This document shows positions 28,322 through 41,576 of a DNA stretch of 64,000 nucleotides, one piece after another. The stretch is from an uncultured Chloroflexia bacterium (GTDB taxonomy: Bacteria; Chloroflexota; Dehalococcoidia; DSTF01; JALHUB01): contig OY969814.1 of NCBI GenBank assembly GCA_963703345.1, forward strand, positions 448,001-512,000. Reading direction: 5' to 3'. How positions within the stretch are numbered: the first letter of the stretch is position 1; the number at the start of each line of letters is the position of its first letter. The notes beneath the pieces are model-generated. The model saw only the letters and a program-made list of their open reading frames with translations. It was not told where the DNA came from and searched no databases. A program made the position numbers and the translations under genes.

Positions 28322-29911
28322 CTAAGCTACCTGCACCGCCTGAGAGCGCGAGCAGACGATGTTCCCGCCGCTGGATTTCGCCTCGTAGAGGGCCGCATCG
28401 GCCGTCGCGATCAGATCCGGCGCCTCCGGCAGCGCCCGGCAGTTCGCTTCGGCAACGCCCAGGCTTACGTTGAGGGCCAGCGTACAGCCGCGCGGGAGAT
28501 GGAAGGGCTGTCTCTCCACCCTGCTGCGGAACCGCTCGCCGAAGCGCAGCGCAGCGCCTAGGTCGGCCTCGGGCAGCACGAATAGGAACTCATCGCCGCC
28601 GTAGCGTCCGACGACGTCTCCCTTGCGACAGCTCTGACGGGCAAGTCGCGCCAGTTGCAGGAGCACTTTGTCGCCGGCGTCGTGGCCGAACTCGTCATTG
28701 ACGGCTTTCAGCTTGTCCACGTCCAGAAGGCCCACGCTCAGCGCCCTGCCATGGCGAAGGGCGCGGGCGCGCTCCGCCTCGATCACCTCTTCGACGTAGC
28801 GGCGGTTGGGGATGCCGGTAAGGGCGTCCGTGCGCGCCAGCCGGTGTTCGATCTCCGTGTTTTCCTGGAGTTGTCGGGAGTACCTTTCGAGTTGTTGCTT
28901 CGATTCCGCCAGCGCCGCGTAGATGTTCCTTGCCTTCAAGCCCACCGCCAGTTGAGTGGCGATCGTCTTAAAGCCCTCCACCTCCTCCGGCGGGAACGTG
29001 CGCGGGCGGAAGCTGGCAAAGGCGATCAGTCCCAGCATCTCGTCGGCGAAAAGTATAGGCACACGCGCCGCCGAGACCAGCATAACCCACTTGAAGTACT
29101 CGCGCTCGTCCGCCGTGACTATCGGGTCGTTTTGAATGTCGCGCATGAGCACGGGTTCGCGCGTGCGGATAACCTCCAGCAGCGGCCCGTCGACCAGCGA
29201 CGTATCTCGCCACCGCTGACCGACCGGAGTGCTCTGCCAGCGGGGGCTGTTGAGGGCCTGCGTTACCATACGCTGCGACGCCTCGTCCCAGATATCGATC
29301 CGCACTATCTCATAGCCCATGTTGTCGGAGATGGCGCTGGCCAAGTTCGACAACAATGAATCCGTGTCCTCCGCCTGCGTCAGCACCTCGGCCGCGTTCG
29401 CCAGGGCGGACATCTGCTGGCGCTGGCGCTCTGACCAGCGCGCGTTCAGCATCCGCTCGAGGAACATGATGAGCGAGGGTCGCGCGGCTTCGATGAACGT
29501 GAGCAGATTTTGGTCTATTCCCTCGTCCCAGGGGCCGCGGATGATCACCATTTCGGCAGGGCTCTCTCGGGTCGGAATCCTGACGCCCAGGCATTCGCGC
29601 TCCGGTCCGCCGGTAGCGCTCACGAGGTCTTGAACGCGCCCCGCCCGAATGTTGAAAGCGACGGGCTCCTTTTGCGTTTGTGTGCGCTGCTGCACCAGCC
29701 AGAGCCCTTTCTCGCCGGTGCCGATCTCATCGCCGCAGTGGGAATCGCCGCAGCGCAGCCAGTCCAGACCTTCGGCGTAGACAAAGCACACCTGTTCCGC
29801 GCCGAGCGCTTCCTTGAGGGCGTCGGCTATGCGCGTAAGTCCCAGCCTGCTGGCCGGTCCCCTGGCGGCGAGATCGGCGAGTTGCTGGAGGGTATCAAGG
29901 CCGGGCTTCAC
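28322..29911 (-). CDS. GAF-GGDEF diguanylate cyclase
   Basis: TDALTGIPNRR, RKGD I-site and RYGGDEF. GTG at 29911 follows GGAGAG. Confidence 0.9.
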   Translation of the reverse strand: MKPGLDTLQQLADLAARGPASRLGLTRIADALKEALGAEQVCFVYAEGLDWLRCGDSHCGDEIGTGEKGLWLVQQRTQTQKEPVAFNIRAGRVQDLVSATGGPERECLGVRIPTRESPAEMVIIRGPWDEGIDQNLLTFIEAARPSLIMFLERMLNARWSERQRQQMSALANAAEVLTQAEDTDSLLSNLASAISDNMGYEIVRIDIWDEASQRMVTQALNSPRWQSTPVGQRWRDTSLVDGPLLEVIRTREPVLMRDIQNDPIVTADEREYFKWVMLVSAARVPILFADEMLGLIAFASFRPRTFPPEEVEGFKTIATQLAVGLKARNIYAALAESKQQLERYSRQLQENTEIEHRLARTDALTGIPNRRYVEEVIEAERARALRHGRALSVGLLDVDKLKAVNDEFGHDAGDKVLLQLARLARQSCRKGDVVGRYGGDEFLFVLPEADLGAALRFGERFRSRVERQPFHLPRGCTLALNVSLGVAEANCRALPEAPDLIATADAALYEAKSSGGNIVCSRSQAVQVA

Positions 29912-30003
29912 AACTACTCTCTCCGAATCGACATCATCAACCCGTCCAATTATTACATTCGGCAGGGCGGCTGGCTTTCTAAATACCGATATACGACCTG
30001 CCC

Positions 30004-31599
30004 TCAAGCGGCATTTTTCCGAGTCGCCAGCGAGCACGTCTTGTTGCCGCCCTTGGCCTTCGCTTGATAGAGGGCTTCGTCGGCCTTCTTGATCAGCGCG
30101 AAGGGCTTCTGGGCCTTTCCGGGGTCAAGTTGGGCGACGCCGATGCTGATGCTCAATTTCGCGCTGCCGTCGCTGGCGAAATCAAGGACCTCTCTGGCGA
30201 CCACCGTGCGGAAGCGGTTTGCGAATCTCTCCGCAGCGGCAAGGTCCGCCCGGGGCAGGACGAAGATGAACTCATCGCCGCCGTAGCGCCCGACGACATC
30301 GCCGCGCCGGCACGTCCGCCTGGCAAGGTCGGCAAGCTGCACAAGAGCGGCGTCTCCCGCTTTATGGCCGTAGTTATCGTTTATTCCTTTGAACTTGTCG
30401 AGATCGGCCAGCGCAACGCAAAGGAACGTCTTGTGGCGGATCGCCCGCGAGCACTCGCCCTTTATTACCTCATCGATATAGCGCCGATTTGGAATGCCGG
30501 TTAGAGCGTCCGTCCGGGCGAGGCGGTGCTGTACCTCCATGCTGGACTGCAGCTCCTCAGAGTATTCCCGTAGCTGTCTTTCTGACTGAGCTAGCGATCT
30601 GTACATCTCCAGCGCCTTGAGAGCCGCGCCCAACTGGCTGGCGAAGCCGTTCAACACCTCCACTTCTGTCTCGCTGAAGTTTCGCGGCCGCTGGCTGCCG
30701 ACTCTTAATACGCCCAGGAACTCGTCGCGGAAAGTGATCGGGAACTGGGCGGCAGAGAATATGTGAGCCTGCTTGAAGAACTGCCGTCCTCGTTCCGGTA
30801 TCCTCTCGTCGTTTTGAAGATCGGGGAGCAACAGCGGCTGGCGCATGACCATCGCCGCCTTAAGAAGCGCTTCGGGATAAAGAGTGACGGTCTGTCGCCG
30901 CTTCCATTCGTCGCCGAGAGACGTGTCTATTTGCGGTCCGCGGTTCAAGACGCTGAGCACAAAAGACCGCGATTCCTTGTCAAAAACGTCTATCGTCACG
31001 AGGTCGTAGCCGGTGGAATCGGAGATCGCGTTCGCCAGGTCTCTAAGGACCGGCGATATGTGCTCCGCCTGGATTAGCAATTGAGCGGCATCGGCCACAG
31101 CGGACATTTGCTTCCTCTGGCGGTCGGCCTTGGCTACGCTGAGCACGCGACCGAGGACGAGGGCCATGGCCGGTGTTGCGGCCTCGATGAAGGCGAAGAC
31201 GCCAGCGTCCGCGGGGGAATTGGGACGGGTCCTGACTACGAGCATCTCGCCGCTGCCGCTGTCAAGCTGGAAGGCGAGATGTCGCCTCTCGGCGGCCTGC
31301 GGAGCGCCCACTATGTCGCTGACGCGCCCGCCCGCTATGTCGAAGGCAACGGGCCCTTCCACGATCTCGCACTGGTGCTGGACCAGCCACAATCCCATCT
31401 GGTTTGTGCCCAGTCCTTCCCCAGCGCTCGAATCGCCGCAGACCAGGAAATCCTTATCTTCGGGATAGACGAGAAAGACGCGTTCCGCCGCCACCGCATC
31501 ACGAACCAGGTCGGCGATGCGCACGAGTGATTGCTCGTCCGCCTGGCCGTCGATGGCAGCGCCCGCCAGCTTACGAAGAGAAGTGACCTTGTCAGTCAC
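30004..31599 (-). CDS. GAF-GGDEF diguanylate cyclase (paralogue)
   Basis: TDALTGIPNRR, RRGD I-site and RYGGDEF. Confidence 0.9.
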   Translation of the reverse strand: MTDKVTSLRKLAGAAIDGQADEQSLVRIADLVRDAVAAERVFLVYPEDKDFLVCGDSSAGEGLGTNQMGLWLVQHQCEIVEGPVAFDIAGGRVSDIVGAPQAAERRHLAFQLDSGSGEMLVVRTRPNSPADAGVFAFIEAATPAMALVLGRVLSVAKADRQRKQMSAVADAAQLLIQAEHISPVLRDLANAISDSTGYDLVTIDVFDKESRSFVLSVLNRGPQIDTSLGDEWKRRQTVTLYPEALLKAAMVMRQPLLLPDLQNDERIPERGRQFFKQAHIFSAAQFPITFRDEFLGVLRVGSQRPRNFSETEVEVLNGFASQLGAALKALEMYRSLAQSERQLREYSEELQSSMEVQHRLARTDALTGIPNRRYIDEVIKGECSRAIRHKTFLCVALADLDKFKGINDNYGHKAGDAALVQLADLARRTCRRGDVVGRYGGDEFIFVLPRADLAAAERFANRFRTVVAREVLDFASDGSAKLSISIGVAQLDPGKAQKPFALIKKADEALYQAKAKGGNKTCSLATRKNAA

Positions 31600-31683
31600 C
31601 GCGCGAATCCCAAAGAGATTGGCCTCTCAGGCCTCTGCTATTAGGTTCGGCAAGCGAAGACCGATCCAGCAGATGCAGAAAAC

Positions 31684-31708
31684 GTGGAGGAGGGCTTTAG
31701 CCCTCCAC
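31684..31708. repeat. Single REP-like palindrome
   Basis: GTGGAGGAGGGCTTTAGCCCTCCAC, 24/25 identical to the reverse complement of 20937-20961. Confidence 0.7.
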
Positions 31709-31839
31709 GTCGCCGCTTGTCCACGGCGCATTGCCTTGCCTGCGGAGGGGAGGAAAAGTCTGACGGCTGAACCTCGACCTTCGTCAGTTAGTTGAAAAGG
31801 TCGCCTGGCCGCCTTTAGAATGACCTCAAGGGCAAATAG

Positions 31840-33114
31840 ATGGGCGACGAAGATTACCAGCGGACGACTCTGAGCAATGGGCTGCGTGTCGTAACGGCAC
31901 CGATGCCCTTCACGCGCTCGGTCAGCGTCAGCATCTATCTCGGTGCCGGCTCGCGCTATGAAGACGCCGCTCACGCCGGCATCTCCCATATGGTAGAGCA
32001 CCTCTGCTTCAAGGGAACGGAGCGTCGTCCCACCTCGCGTGAGATCTCGCAGATTGTGGACAGCGTCGGCGGTGTCCTGAACGCGGCCACGGACCGCGAG
32101 CTTACCGTCTACTACGGCAAAGTCGCGACGCCGCATTTCGCGATGCTCGGCGACATCCTCAGCGACTTGCTGCGTCATTCCCTGCTCGCGCCGCCAGAGA
32201 TGGAGAAGGAACGCGGCGTGATCCTGGAGGAGCTGGCCGCTGTGGCCGACTCGCCGCCGCAGCTTGTCGATCAGCTTATCGACCAGGTGATGTGGCCCGA
32301 GCAGCCGCTGGGTCGTGACGTGGGCGGCAGCCGCGAGACGGTGTCGGCGCTGACGCGGGACATGGTGCTGGACTACATGGGAAAGCAGTACGTCGCGGGC
32401 AATGCCGTGGTGAGCATAGCCGGCAATGTCAGCCACGGCGACGCACTGGGTCTCGTTGAGCGGGAGATGGGCGATTGGCAGCGTGGACTGCCGGGAGGAT
32501 GGTGTCCCGCGTGGAGCCCGGGGGAGGGGCCGCGGCTATCGGTGCTGTACAAAAAGACGGAGCAAGCGCACATCTCGCTCGCCGTCGAAGGGGTGGCGAT
32601 GGAGCACCCGGACCGCCCGGCGCTGGACCTTCTGAGTGTGATCCTGGGCGAAGGGATGAGCAGCCGGCTGTTCCTGGAGCTACGCGAGCGCTTAGGCCTC
32701 TGCTACGACGTGCACAGCTATACCAGCCACTACCAGGATGCGGGCTCGCTGGCTGTGTACGCTGCGGTCGATCCGAAGAACATCTTTAAGGCGCTAACCG
32801 CCTTGATGGGGGAGCTGGCGCGGATTCGCGAGACAGTCGACGAGGAGGAGTTGGCGCGCGCGAAGGAACTTTCCCGAGGGCGGCTTCTTCTCCGCATGGA
32901 GGACACACGCAGCGTCTCCGGCTGGACCGGTGTCCAGGAGTTGCTCACGGGGAAGGTGCTGACGGTAGACGAGGTGCTGGAGCGGGTGATGGCGGTGTCG
33001 TCGGCGGACCTGCTGCGGGTCGCAAAGCGGTCACTGCGGCGGGAAGCGTTGGATCTGGCGGTCGTTGGGCCCTTCCGGAGCGACGGCCGTTTTATACCGC
33101 TGCTCGATCTGTGA
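31840..33114 (+). CDS. M16 (pitrilysin) family zinc peptidase
   Basis: HMVEH inverted zincin motif, LNAAT and GMSSRLF. Confidence 0.93.
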   Translation: MGDEDYQRTTLSNGLRVVTAPMPFTRSVSVSIYLGAGSRYEDAAHAGISHMVEHLCFKGTERRPTSREISQIVDSVGGVLNAATDRELTVYYGKVATPHFAMLGDILSDLLRHSLLAPPEMEKERGVILEELAAVADSPPQLVDQLIDQVMWPEQPLGRDVGGSRETVSALTRDMVLDYMGKQYVAGNAVVSIAGNVSHGDALGLVEREMGDWQRGLPGGWCPAWSPGEGPRLSVLYKKTEQAHISLAVEGVAMEHPDRPALDLLSVILGEGMSSRLFLELRERLGLCYDVHSYTSHYQDAGSLAVYAAVDPKNIFKALTALMGELARIRETVDEEELARAKELSRGRLLLRMEDTRSVSGWTGVQELLTGKVLTVDEVLERVMAVSSADLLRVAKRSLRREALDLAVVGPFRSDGRFIPLLDL

Positions 33115-33250
33115 CGAGGGGGTGCCGCAGGTCGCTCTCGACGTGCCGGACCGCTGGATGGATATTGCGTCTAGCGCGCAAGGCGGGGCCGCTCGGGTTG
33201 CCGAGCGGCCCTACCGCGAACTCCATTCCTGGGAAGTTGTCCTCTTCTCC

Positions 33251-35243
<1,993 letters not shown>

Positions 35244-35326
35244 CCGAGGGTCCTCCTTCTCTAGAGACTTGTGGGTCTGGGCCGCGGAGAGGCGAAGGGG
35301 GTACCGGGATCAAGCCTCTCTCGTGG

Positions 35327-35353
35327 TTAGCACTCTCGTTTCGAGAGTGCTAA
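35327..35353. promoter_or_regulatory. CIRCE (HrcA operator)
   Basis: Perfect TTAGCACTC-N9-GAGTGCTAA upstream of groES. Confidence 0.97.
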
Positions 35354-35357
35354 GGCA

Positions 35358-35386
35358 ATATTAGCTCAGTCTGCGACGCGATGCAA
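35358..35386 (-). promoter_or_regulatory. groESL promoter
   Basis: TTGCAT-N17-TAATAT directly upstream of CIRCE. Confidence 0.7.
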
Positions 35387-35460
35387 CAAGCAGTGGTCCC
35401 TCCTCCTGTTTGTTTTGTTGTTGTGTTTGTTGTTGTAGCCTGTTGCGAAACCCCCGGTTG

Positions 35461-35489
35461 TTGACTTTCTACACGGTAGCGTGTAAGAT
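35461..35489 (+). promoter_or_regulatory. Leaderless promoter with embedded palindrome TACACG-N4-CGTGTA
   Basis: TTGACT-N17-TAAGAT ending 6 nt before ATG 35496. Palindrome at 35470-35485. Confidence 0.65.
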
Positions 35490-35495
35490 GGCGGC

Positions 35496-35753
35496 ATGGC
35501 AAGAAGGAAACGAAAGCCCGCCTGGGACGCCGGTGGTATCCACCAGTTGCGCGATCACCTGGGGCTGACGCAGGCGCAGATGGCGGAAGAGATGGGCACC
35601 CGCCAGCAGACGATAAGCGAGTGGGAGACGGGACAGTACCAACCGCGTGGGGCGTCAGCGCAGCTCCTGACGCTTATCGCCGAGCGCGCCGGCTTCGTCT
35701 ACCAGGCGAAAGGCGCCGACGCCGAGGCCGTCGAAGAGGAGCACGAAGGCTAG
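35496..35753 (+). CDS. XRE-family helix-turn-helix protein
   Basis: LRDHLGLTQAQMAEEMGTRQQTISEWETG. Confidence 0.9.
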   Translation: MARRKRKPAWDAGGIHQLRDHLGLTQAQMAEEMGTRQQTISEWETGQYQPRGASAQLLTLIAERAGFVYQAKGADAEAVEEEHEG

Positions 35754-35754
35754 G

Positions 35755-37221
35755 ATGCCGCTGCTTCTGCGGGAAAGACAGGTCCGCTACGAGGCGCTGC
35801 GGCCGGGGGAGCTGCCGGAGGAAGGGGTGTGTCCGGAAGAGGCGAAGGGCGAAAACGGTCTCCTCCTCGATTTCCCGGCCAGCGCGCCGCAGCTCCATGA
35901 AGAAGAGTTGGTGCGCCTCTGGGAAGGACAGCGCTTTCCCCGCGAGGCGTTTCGTCTGCGTGACGGGCAGGCGCTGCAGATAATCTACCGTGGTCGCCGC
36001 AACCTGTCTGCGGGCCCGGACTTCCTCGGGGCCATCGTCGCCGACGAGCGGGGCCGCTTGCTGAAGGGAGATGTGGAGCTGCACGTCCGCTCCAGCGCCT
36101 TCGTCGCGCACGGTCATCACCTTGACCCGCGCTACGACAACCTCATCCTCCACGTCGTCTTCCACGACGACGCCGGCGCTCCCACGTTGCTCCGCTGCGG
36201 CCGCCGCGTCGCCGTCGTCGCCCTTGCCCCATGGGTGGCGCGCCGGGCCGAGGAGCTCCGGCTCTGGCTGGCCCAGCCGTCCGCCTGGTCGGAGCCCTGT
36301 CGCAGCGCCGTCGTCCGAGAGGGCTGGCCGGAGGTGAGGGCTCTCCTGGAGCGGCTGGGGCAGATGCGCTTTCGTCAGAAGCAGGCCCGCTTTGCCGTCG
36401 CTCTCCGGCGCGAAGGCGCCAATCAGGCGCTCTATGAAGGACTGCTGCGGGCGCTGGGCTACAGCAAGAACCAGGAGGCCTTCTCTCGTCTCGCCCGGGC
36501 CGTTCCCTACGAAGAGCTGCGCCGTATTCTTGACCACGAGGGCCAGATGGCAGCCGAGGCCCTGCTCCTCGGCATGGCCGGCCTTCTGCCCAGCCAGCGC
36601 CGCCTGAGGGCGGCCGGCTTGCCCTATGTCTTGCGTCTGGAGGAGCTCTGGGCGCGCCAACGCCTCGAGCCGCTGTCGCCGGAGCTGTGGCAGTTGAGCG
36701 GCCTGCGTCCGAACAACCTGCCTGCGCGCCGCCTGGCCGGCTTCGTGCGCCTCCTCTCGCGCTGGCCCAGCCTTGTCTCCGGTCTCTCTGCCCTGGAGGA
36801 AGCGGACCGCGCTCCCGTCTCGCGCCTGCTCGCCGCCTGGCAGGTGCCGGCGGAGGGCTTCTGGCGCAGCCATCACGACCTCGCGGGCGGGAGCGTTTCC
36901 CCTGCCGGCGCCCTGATCGGCCGGGCCAGAGCGCTGGAGATGCTCATCAACGTCGTGCTTCCGTTCGCCGCTGCCTGGGGCGAGACCCGCTCCCTCGACG
37001 GCCTCTCGCGGCAGGCGCGGGCGGTCTTTCTGCGCCTACCCTCGGCCGGCTCCTACGGTGGTACGCGCTTCCTGGAATCGACTTTCCGGCCGCTTCCCGG
37101 CTCAGACCGCGGCTGTGGCGGCGCCTGCCTTCAACAGGGGCGCCTTTATCTCTATCAGCAGTACTGCGCCGCCGGAGAGTGCGCCATCTGTCCGGCCTCA
37201 GGCGCGGGGCCGTCAGACTAG
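35755..37221 (+). CDS. DUF2851-family protein
   Basis: GPDF, GDVELH, HGHHLDPRYDNLILHVV, LGYSKN, RPNNLPARR and a C-terminal Cys cluster. Confidence 0.8.
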   Translation: MPLLLRERQVRYEALRPGELPEEGVCPEEAKGENGLLLDFPASAPQLHEEELVRLWEGQRFPREAFRLRDGQALQIIYRGRRNLSAGPDFLGAIVADERGRLLKGDVELHVRSSAFVAHGHHLDPRYDNLILHVVFHDDAGAPTLLRCGRRVAVVALAPWVARRAEELRLWLAQPSAWSEPCRSAVVREGWPEVRALLERLGQMRFRQKQARFAVALRREGANQALYEGLLRALGYSKNQEAFSRLARAVPYEELRRILDHEGQMAAEALLLGMAGLLPSQRRLRAAGLPYVLRLEELWARQRLEPLSPELWQLSGLRPNNLPARRLAGFVRLLSRWPSLVSGLSALEEADRAPVSRLLAAWQVPAEGFWRSHHDLAGGSVSPAGALIGRARALEMLINVVLPFAAAWGETRSLDGLSRQARAVFLRLPSAGSYGGTRFLESTFRPLPGSDRGCGGACLQQGRLYLYQQYCAAGECAICPASGAGPSD

Positions 37222-37236
37222 GCGAAGGGGAGGGCG

Positions 37237-37630
37237 ATGCCCTGGTGGGCCTGGCTGTTGGCGGGGCTGATAACCGCGGCGATGTCGCTGACGGGAGCCG
37301 GATTCCTGCTGCGACGCCCGTTGGGACGACTGCGACAGGACCCCCTCGCCCGACGAATTGCCGCTCTGTCGCTGGGAGCGAAGGCAAGGCTGGTGGGGCG
37401 CCTTCTTCGGGACGGACGCATGCCCTGGTGGGCGAAGGCGCTGTTGCCCGCGCTGGCGCTCTACCTGGCCATGCCTTTCGACCTGATTCCGGACTTCATC
37501 CCGGTTGTCGGTTATCTGGACGACCTGCTCCTCCTGCTGCTGGTCGTCTGGTTGCTCAGGCGCGCGCTGCCAGGCGAGATCTTCGAGGAAAACTTGAGAG
37601 CGCTGGAGGACGCCCGCAGCGACGGGACGA

Positions 37631-37659
<29 letters not shown>
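37237..37659 (+). CDS. DUF1232/YkvA membrane protein
   Basis: [21 protein letters not shown]. Confidence 0.88.
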
Positions 37660-38647
<988 letters not shown>

Positions 38648-38658
38648 CGACTGCGTCT

Positions 38659-40749
38659 TCAGGGGTTAGCGTCTTGCGGGCCGGTCGTGGACGGAAGGCC
38701 GGCGACGAAGAGGGAATCGCCGTTGAGAACGTAGAGGCGAGCGGTCACTTCGTCGACGGCCACAGCCTGCGGGTCGGTCAGTTGGCTGCTGACGAACTGG
38801 CGCTGGAAACGGCCGTCGCCGCTGAAGAGGACGATGCGCTTGTTACCCCGGTCCACCACCAGCAGTCCGCCGTCGGACAGCGGCAGCAACGACGCCGCGG
38901 AGGTCAGCGGCCTGTCCAGTCCCGCCATATCGAAGGCGACCTCTTGTCCGGCGGAGAAGCGGCGTATGCGCCCGTCTTCGCCGAGAACGTAGATGTCGCC
39001 GTTCACCGCCAGCCCGGTCGCGCCGGAGAGGTCGGACCCTTCGAGCGAAGCCTTCGGCTCCCGTGCCGTGCCGTCTTCGGCCGCCGGATAGTGCCACACC
39101 TGGCCGCTCTGCTTGTCGAGGACGTAGAGGCCATCGTCGCCGGCCGAGAGGCTGTCAAGAGAACGCCATTCGCCGTCGCCGCCCAGCGTGAGCGGCCGTG
39201 GCTCGGCGTCAGGGCGCAGTGAGAAGAGTTGGTGCTCGCTGTCGAGGACGAGCAAGCTGCCGCCGTCGACATCCGGCAGCCAGGCGATCTGGGCGGGCGT
39301 GGCTGCCTTCACCATTCCGACGAGGTCGCCTTCGTGCAGCACTTCCTTCGTCTCGCCTTCCGGAGCGCTCAGCTTGACCGAGACGACCCGGTTCTTCTTG
39401 GCGTCAAGGAGATATGCCTGCCCACCCCCGACGACGAGCTGCTGGAGCGCGAGGTCGCCCGTGAGCTGCGTCTTCAAGTCGGCGAGCAGCCGCAGGTCGG
39501 TGAGCTCCTGGACGCCGTTCATCGTCGCCACGGCCGCGGCCACTTCGCTTTTCAAGCTGAGAAGCCCGACATCGCCGGCGCGAATGCCCTCGGCCTCGGC
39601 CACGCTGCTGCTCGCCTCGTTGAGTAGACGGCGCTGCTCCGACGGGTCGGAGGCGGAAACCGAGGAGTTGTAGTCATTCCTGGCCGTCGTCAGCAGGGAG
39701 TCGAACTTCTGGTCGCGCGTCCCCTGGATCGAGCTGGGCATCACCCACCAGGCAAGCAGCCCGATGACGAAGACGAGGAGAGCGGCCGGCAGCAGCCAGA
39801 CGGGGAATCGTTTCGTGAGGCGGCTCACCGGCGCCGGCCCGTTGTGACGAAGCCCCGGCTGCGAAGCCCTCAACCGCACCGTCTGACGACCGGGCTCCGG
39901 CGCGCCGACGGCTACCGGCGCCAGCTCCAGGGGCGACAGCAGATGGAAGTCCGTTTCGTTGTCCTCTTCGTATGGCTCCGGCTCGCGGCGAAGAGATGAC
40001 GGCGGCGAGGGATCGGCAGCCGGCGAGACGGCGATGGGCGCTGCCTCTGCGGGCAGGCAGGCCGGCGCGGTTTCCCTCACTCCAGCCTCCTCTTCCGCCT
40101 CGAAGCAGCTCAGGAGGAATACGGAGAAGTCCGGTTGGTCGCGGGTGAGGAGATAGAGCTCGGAGAGCGTCTCTTCCGCGTCCAGCGCCAGCAGCGAGCG
40201 AACGTGCTCATCGTCGACAACTTCGGCCAGCGCCGGCGAAGAGACGAGGAGGAGGTCGCCGGGCGAGAGCTCGTAACGCCGCAGTTGCGGCCGCAGCTCG
40301 TCGCCGAGGCCGAGAGTGACGGCGGCCTGCGGGTCTTCGGCGATGAGGCGGGTAACCGAGTCCTCATGGCGGAAGTAGGCCAGGCTGGGTCCGGCCTGGG
40401 CGAGATAAGCGACCGTCCCGCGAAGGACAAGACAACTCAGGCCCGCGCCTACCTGGTGCTCGCGCAGGCTGCGGCGGTTCCAGTCGCGCAGGTTCTCGTG
40501 GGCGGCGCTTATCGCCTTCGTCAGGGCGCCGGTTATAGAGAGGTTCTGCCGCTCGAAGAGGTGGCCGACGACGGCGACGAGCTGGCCGCAGAACTCCTCG
40601 CTGCCGGGAAGGGCGGGCTGCGCCAGGACGTAGAGGTCGATGGGTTCTTCGCCGGAGGGATTAAGGCTGAACTTCCCTTGCCAGGGTCCGGCTTGCTGCG
40701 CCTGACCCCGCACGATGCCGAACTGCCCCACCCAGGTCCTGACAGCCAT
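38659..40749 (-). CDS. Membrane protein: degenerate PP2C-like domain, TM, extracellular NHL-like beta-propeller
   Basis: [12 protein letters not shown] and [11 protein letters not shown] resemble PP2C. One TM, then repeated YVLD/LVVD strands. Confidence 0.65.
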   Translation of the reverse strand: MAVRTWVGQFGIVRGQAQQAGPWQGKFSLNPSGEEPIDLYVLAQPALPGSEEFCGQLVAVVGHLFERQNLSITGALTKAISAAHENLRDWNRRSLREHQVGAGLSCLVLRGTVAYLAQAGPSLAYFRHEDSVTRLIAEDPQAAVTLGLGDELRPQLRRYELSPGDLLLVSSPALAEVVDDEHVRSLLALDAEETLSELYLLTRDQPDFSVFLLSCFEAEEEAGVRETAPACLPAEAAPIAVSPAADPSPPSSLRREPEPYEEDNETDFHLLSPLELAPVAVGAPEPGRQTVRLRASQPGLRHNGPAPVSRLTKRFPVWLLPAALLVFVIGLLAWWVMPSSIQGTRDQKFDSLLTTARNDYNSSVSASDPSEQRRLLNEASSSVAEAEGIRAGDVGLLSLKSEVAAAVATMNGVQELTDLRLLADLKTQLTGDLALQQLVVGGGQAYLLDAKKNRVVSVKLSAPEGETKEVLHEGDLVGMVKAATPAQIAWLPDVDGGSLLVLDSEHQLFSLRPDAEPRPLTLGGDGEWRSLDSLSAGDDGLYVLDKQSGQVWHYPAAEDGTAREPKASLEGSDLSGATGLAVNGDIYVLGEDGRIRRFSAGQEVAFDMAGLDRPLTSAASLLPLSDGGLLVVDRGNKRIVLFSGDGRFQRQFVSSQLTDPQAVAVDEVTARLYVLNGDSLFVAGLPSTTGPQDANP

Positions 40750-40885
40750 CGGTTGCAGATTATACCATCATTTCCCGCGGTACAAGGCGGGAGGCAGCAT
40801 TTTCTTGCCCTGTCGACGCCATTTTCCGACTTGCCACGAGGCGCCGGCCTGCCGTCAAGTGTCCCCCTGAAGAACTGCCAGCTTA

Positions 40886-40915
40886 TTGCGTGGCGTCCGT
40901 TCGCCATGCTATTAT
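40886..40915 (+). promoter_or_regulatory. Putative promoter of the polyamine operon
   Basis: TTGCGT-N18-TATTAT with extended -10 TG. Confidence 0.45.
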
Positions 40916-41067
40916 GCCGGTTGCTGTGTCTTTCGGTCGCTGCGGCCTGCGGCACCTTCGACTCCACGTACTGAAGCTGTCAAGGACGCTGTTTGCCGCC
41001 TCGACCGTTCGCCGTCGCGAATAGGGGCCCCGCTGCGATGGTGGGGCAGCATGGAAAGGGGGGATTG

Positions 41068-41547
41068 ATGCACGTTACAATCGACGGGTACGGCGGTGAC
41101 CCCCAGAAGCTGGCCGACGAGAACCTGGTGCGCGCGTTCTTGGACCTCTGCCCTTCGGCTATCGGGATGACCAAGATCGCGCCACCTTACGTTTGCCGCT
41201 ACGTTGGGGCGAAGCCGGAAGACTGGGGCGTATCGGGCTTCGTCCTCATCGCTGAAAGCCACATCTCTGCCCACACCTTCCCCGACCACGGCTACATCTG
41301 GGTGGACGTCTTCTCCTGCAAGAGCTTCAACGCCGAGCAGGCCATCGACGAAATACGGCAGCGATTCCAGCTCAGCGATTGGCGCGTCCACACCCTGCTG
41401 CGCGGCCTGGAGTTTCCGCACAGCGTGACGGAAGCCCTGCCGCTTGCCAACTCGGAACGCCATCGGGTCGCCGACTCCCTGCAGGACCTGTCTGACCGCA
41501 GGCGAAGCGTGGGGGCCAACGCGGCCCGCCCCTTGTTACCATCCTGA
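41068..41547 (+). CDS. Pyruvoyl-dependent decarboxylase of the S-adenosylmethionine decarboxylase (SpeD/SpeH class 1b) family; substrate uncertain
   Basis: [19 protein letters not shown] (ESH self-cleavage site) and DVFSC. Confidence 0.88.
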   Translation: MHVTIDGYGGDPQKLADENLVRAFLDLCPSAIGMTKIAPPYVCRYVGAKPEDWGVSGFVLIAESHISAHTFPDHGYIWVDVFSCKSFNAEQAIDEIRQRFQLSDWRVHTLLRGLEFPHSVTEALPLANSERHRVADSLQDLSDRRRSVGANAARPLLPS

Positions 41548-41576
41548 CGGCTGCTCATCTCCCGGGAGACTCGCTC

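Noticed and set aside
40044-40062. Possible decayed micro-element (CCTGCCTGCCCGCAGAGG on the minus strand, PACLPA)
   Set aside because: Only the left arm matches and no empty site can be reconstructed. Partial matches near 22140 and 61600 are similarly weak.
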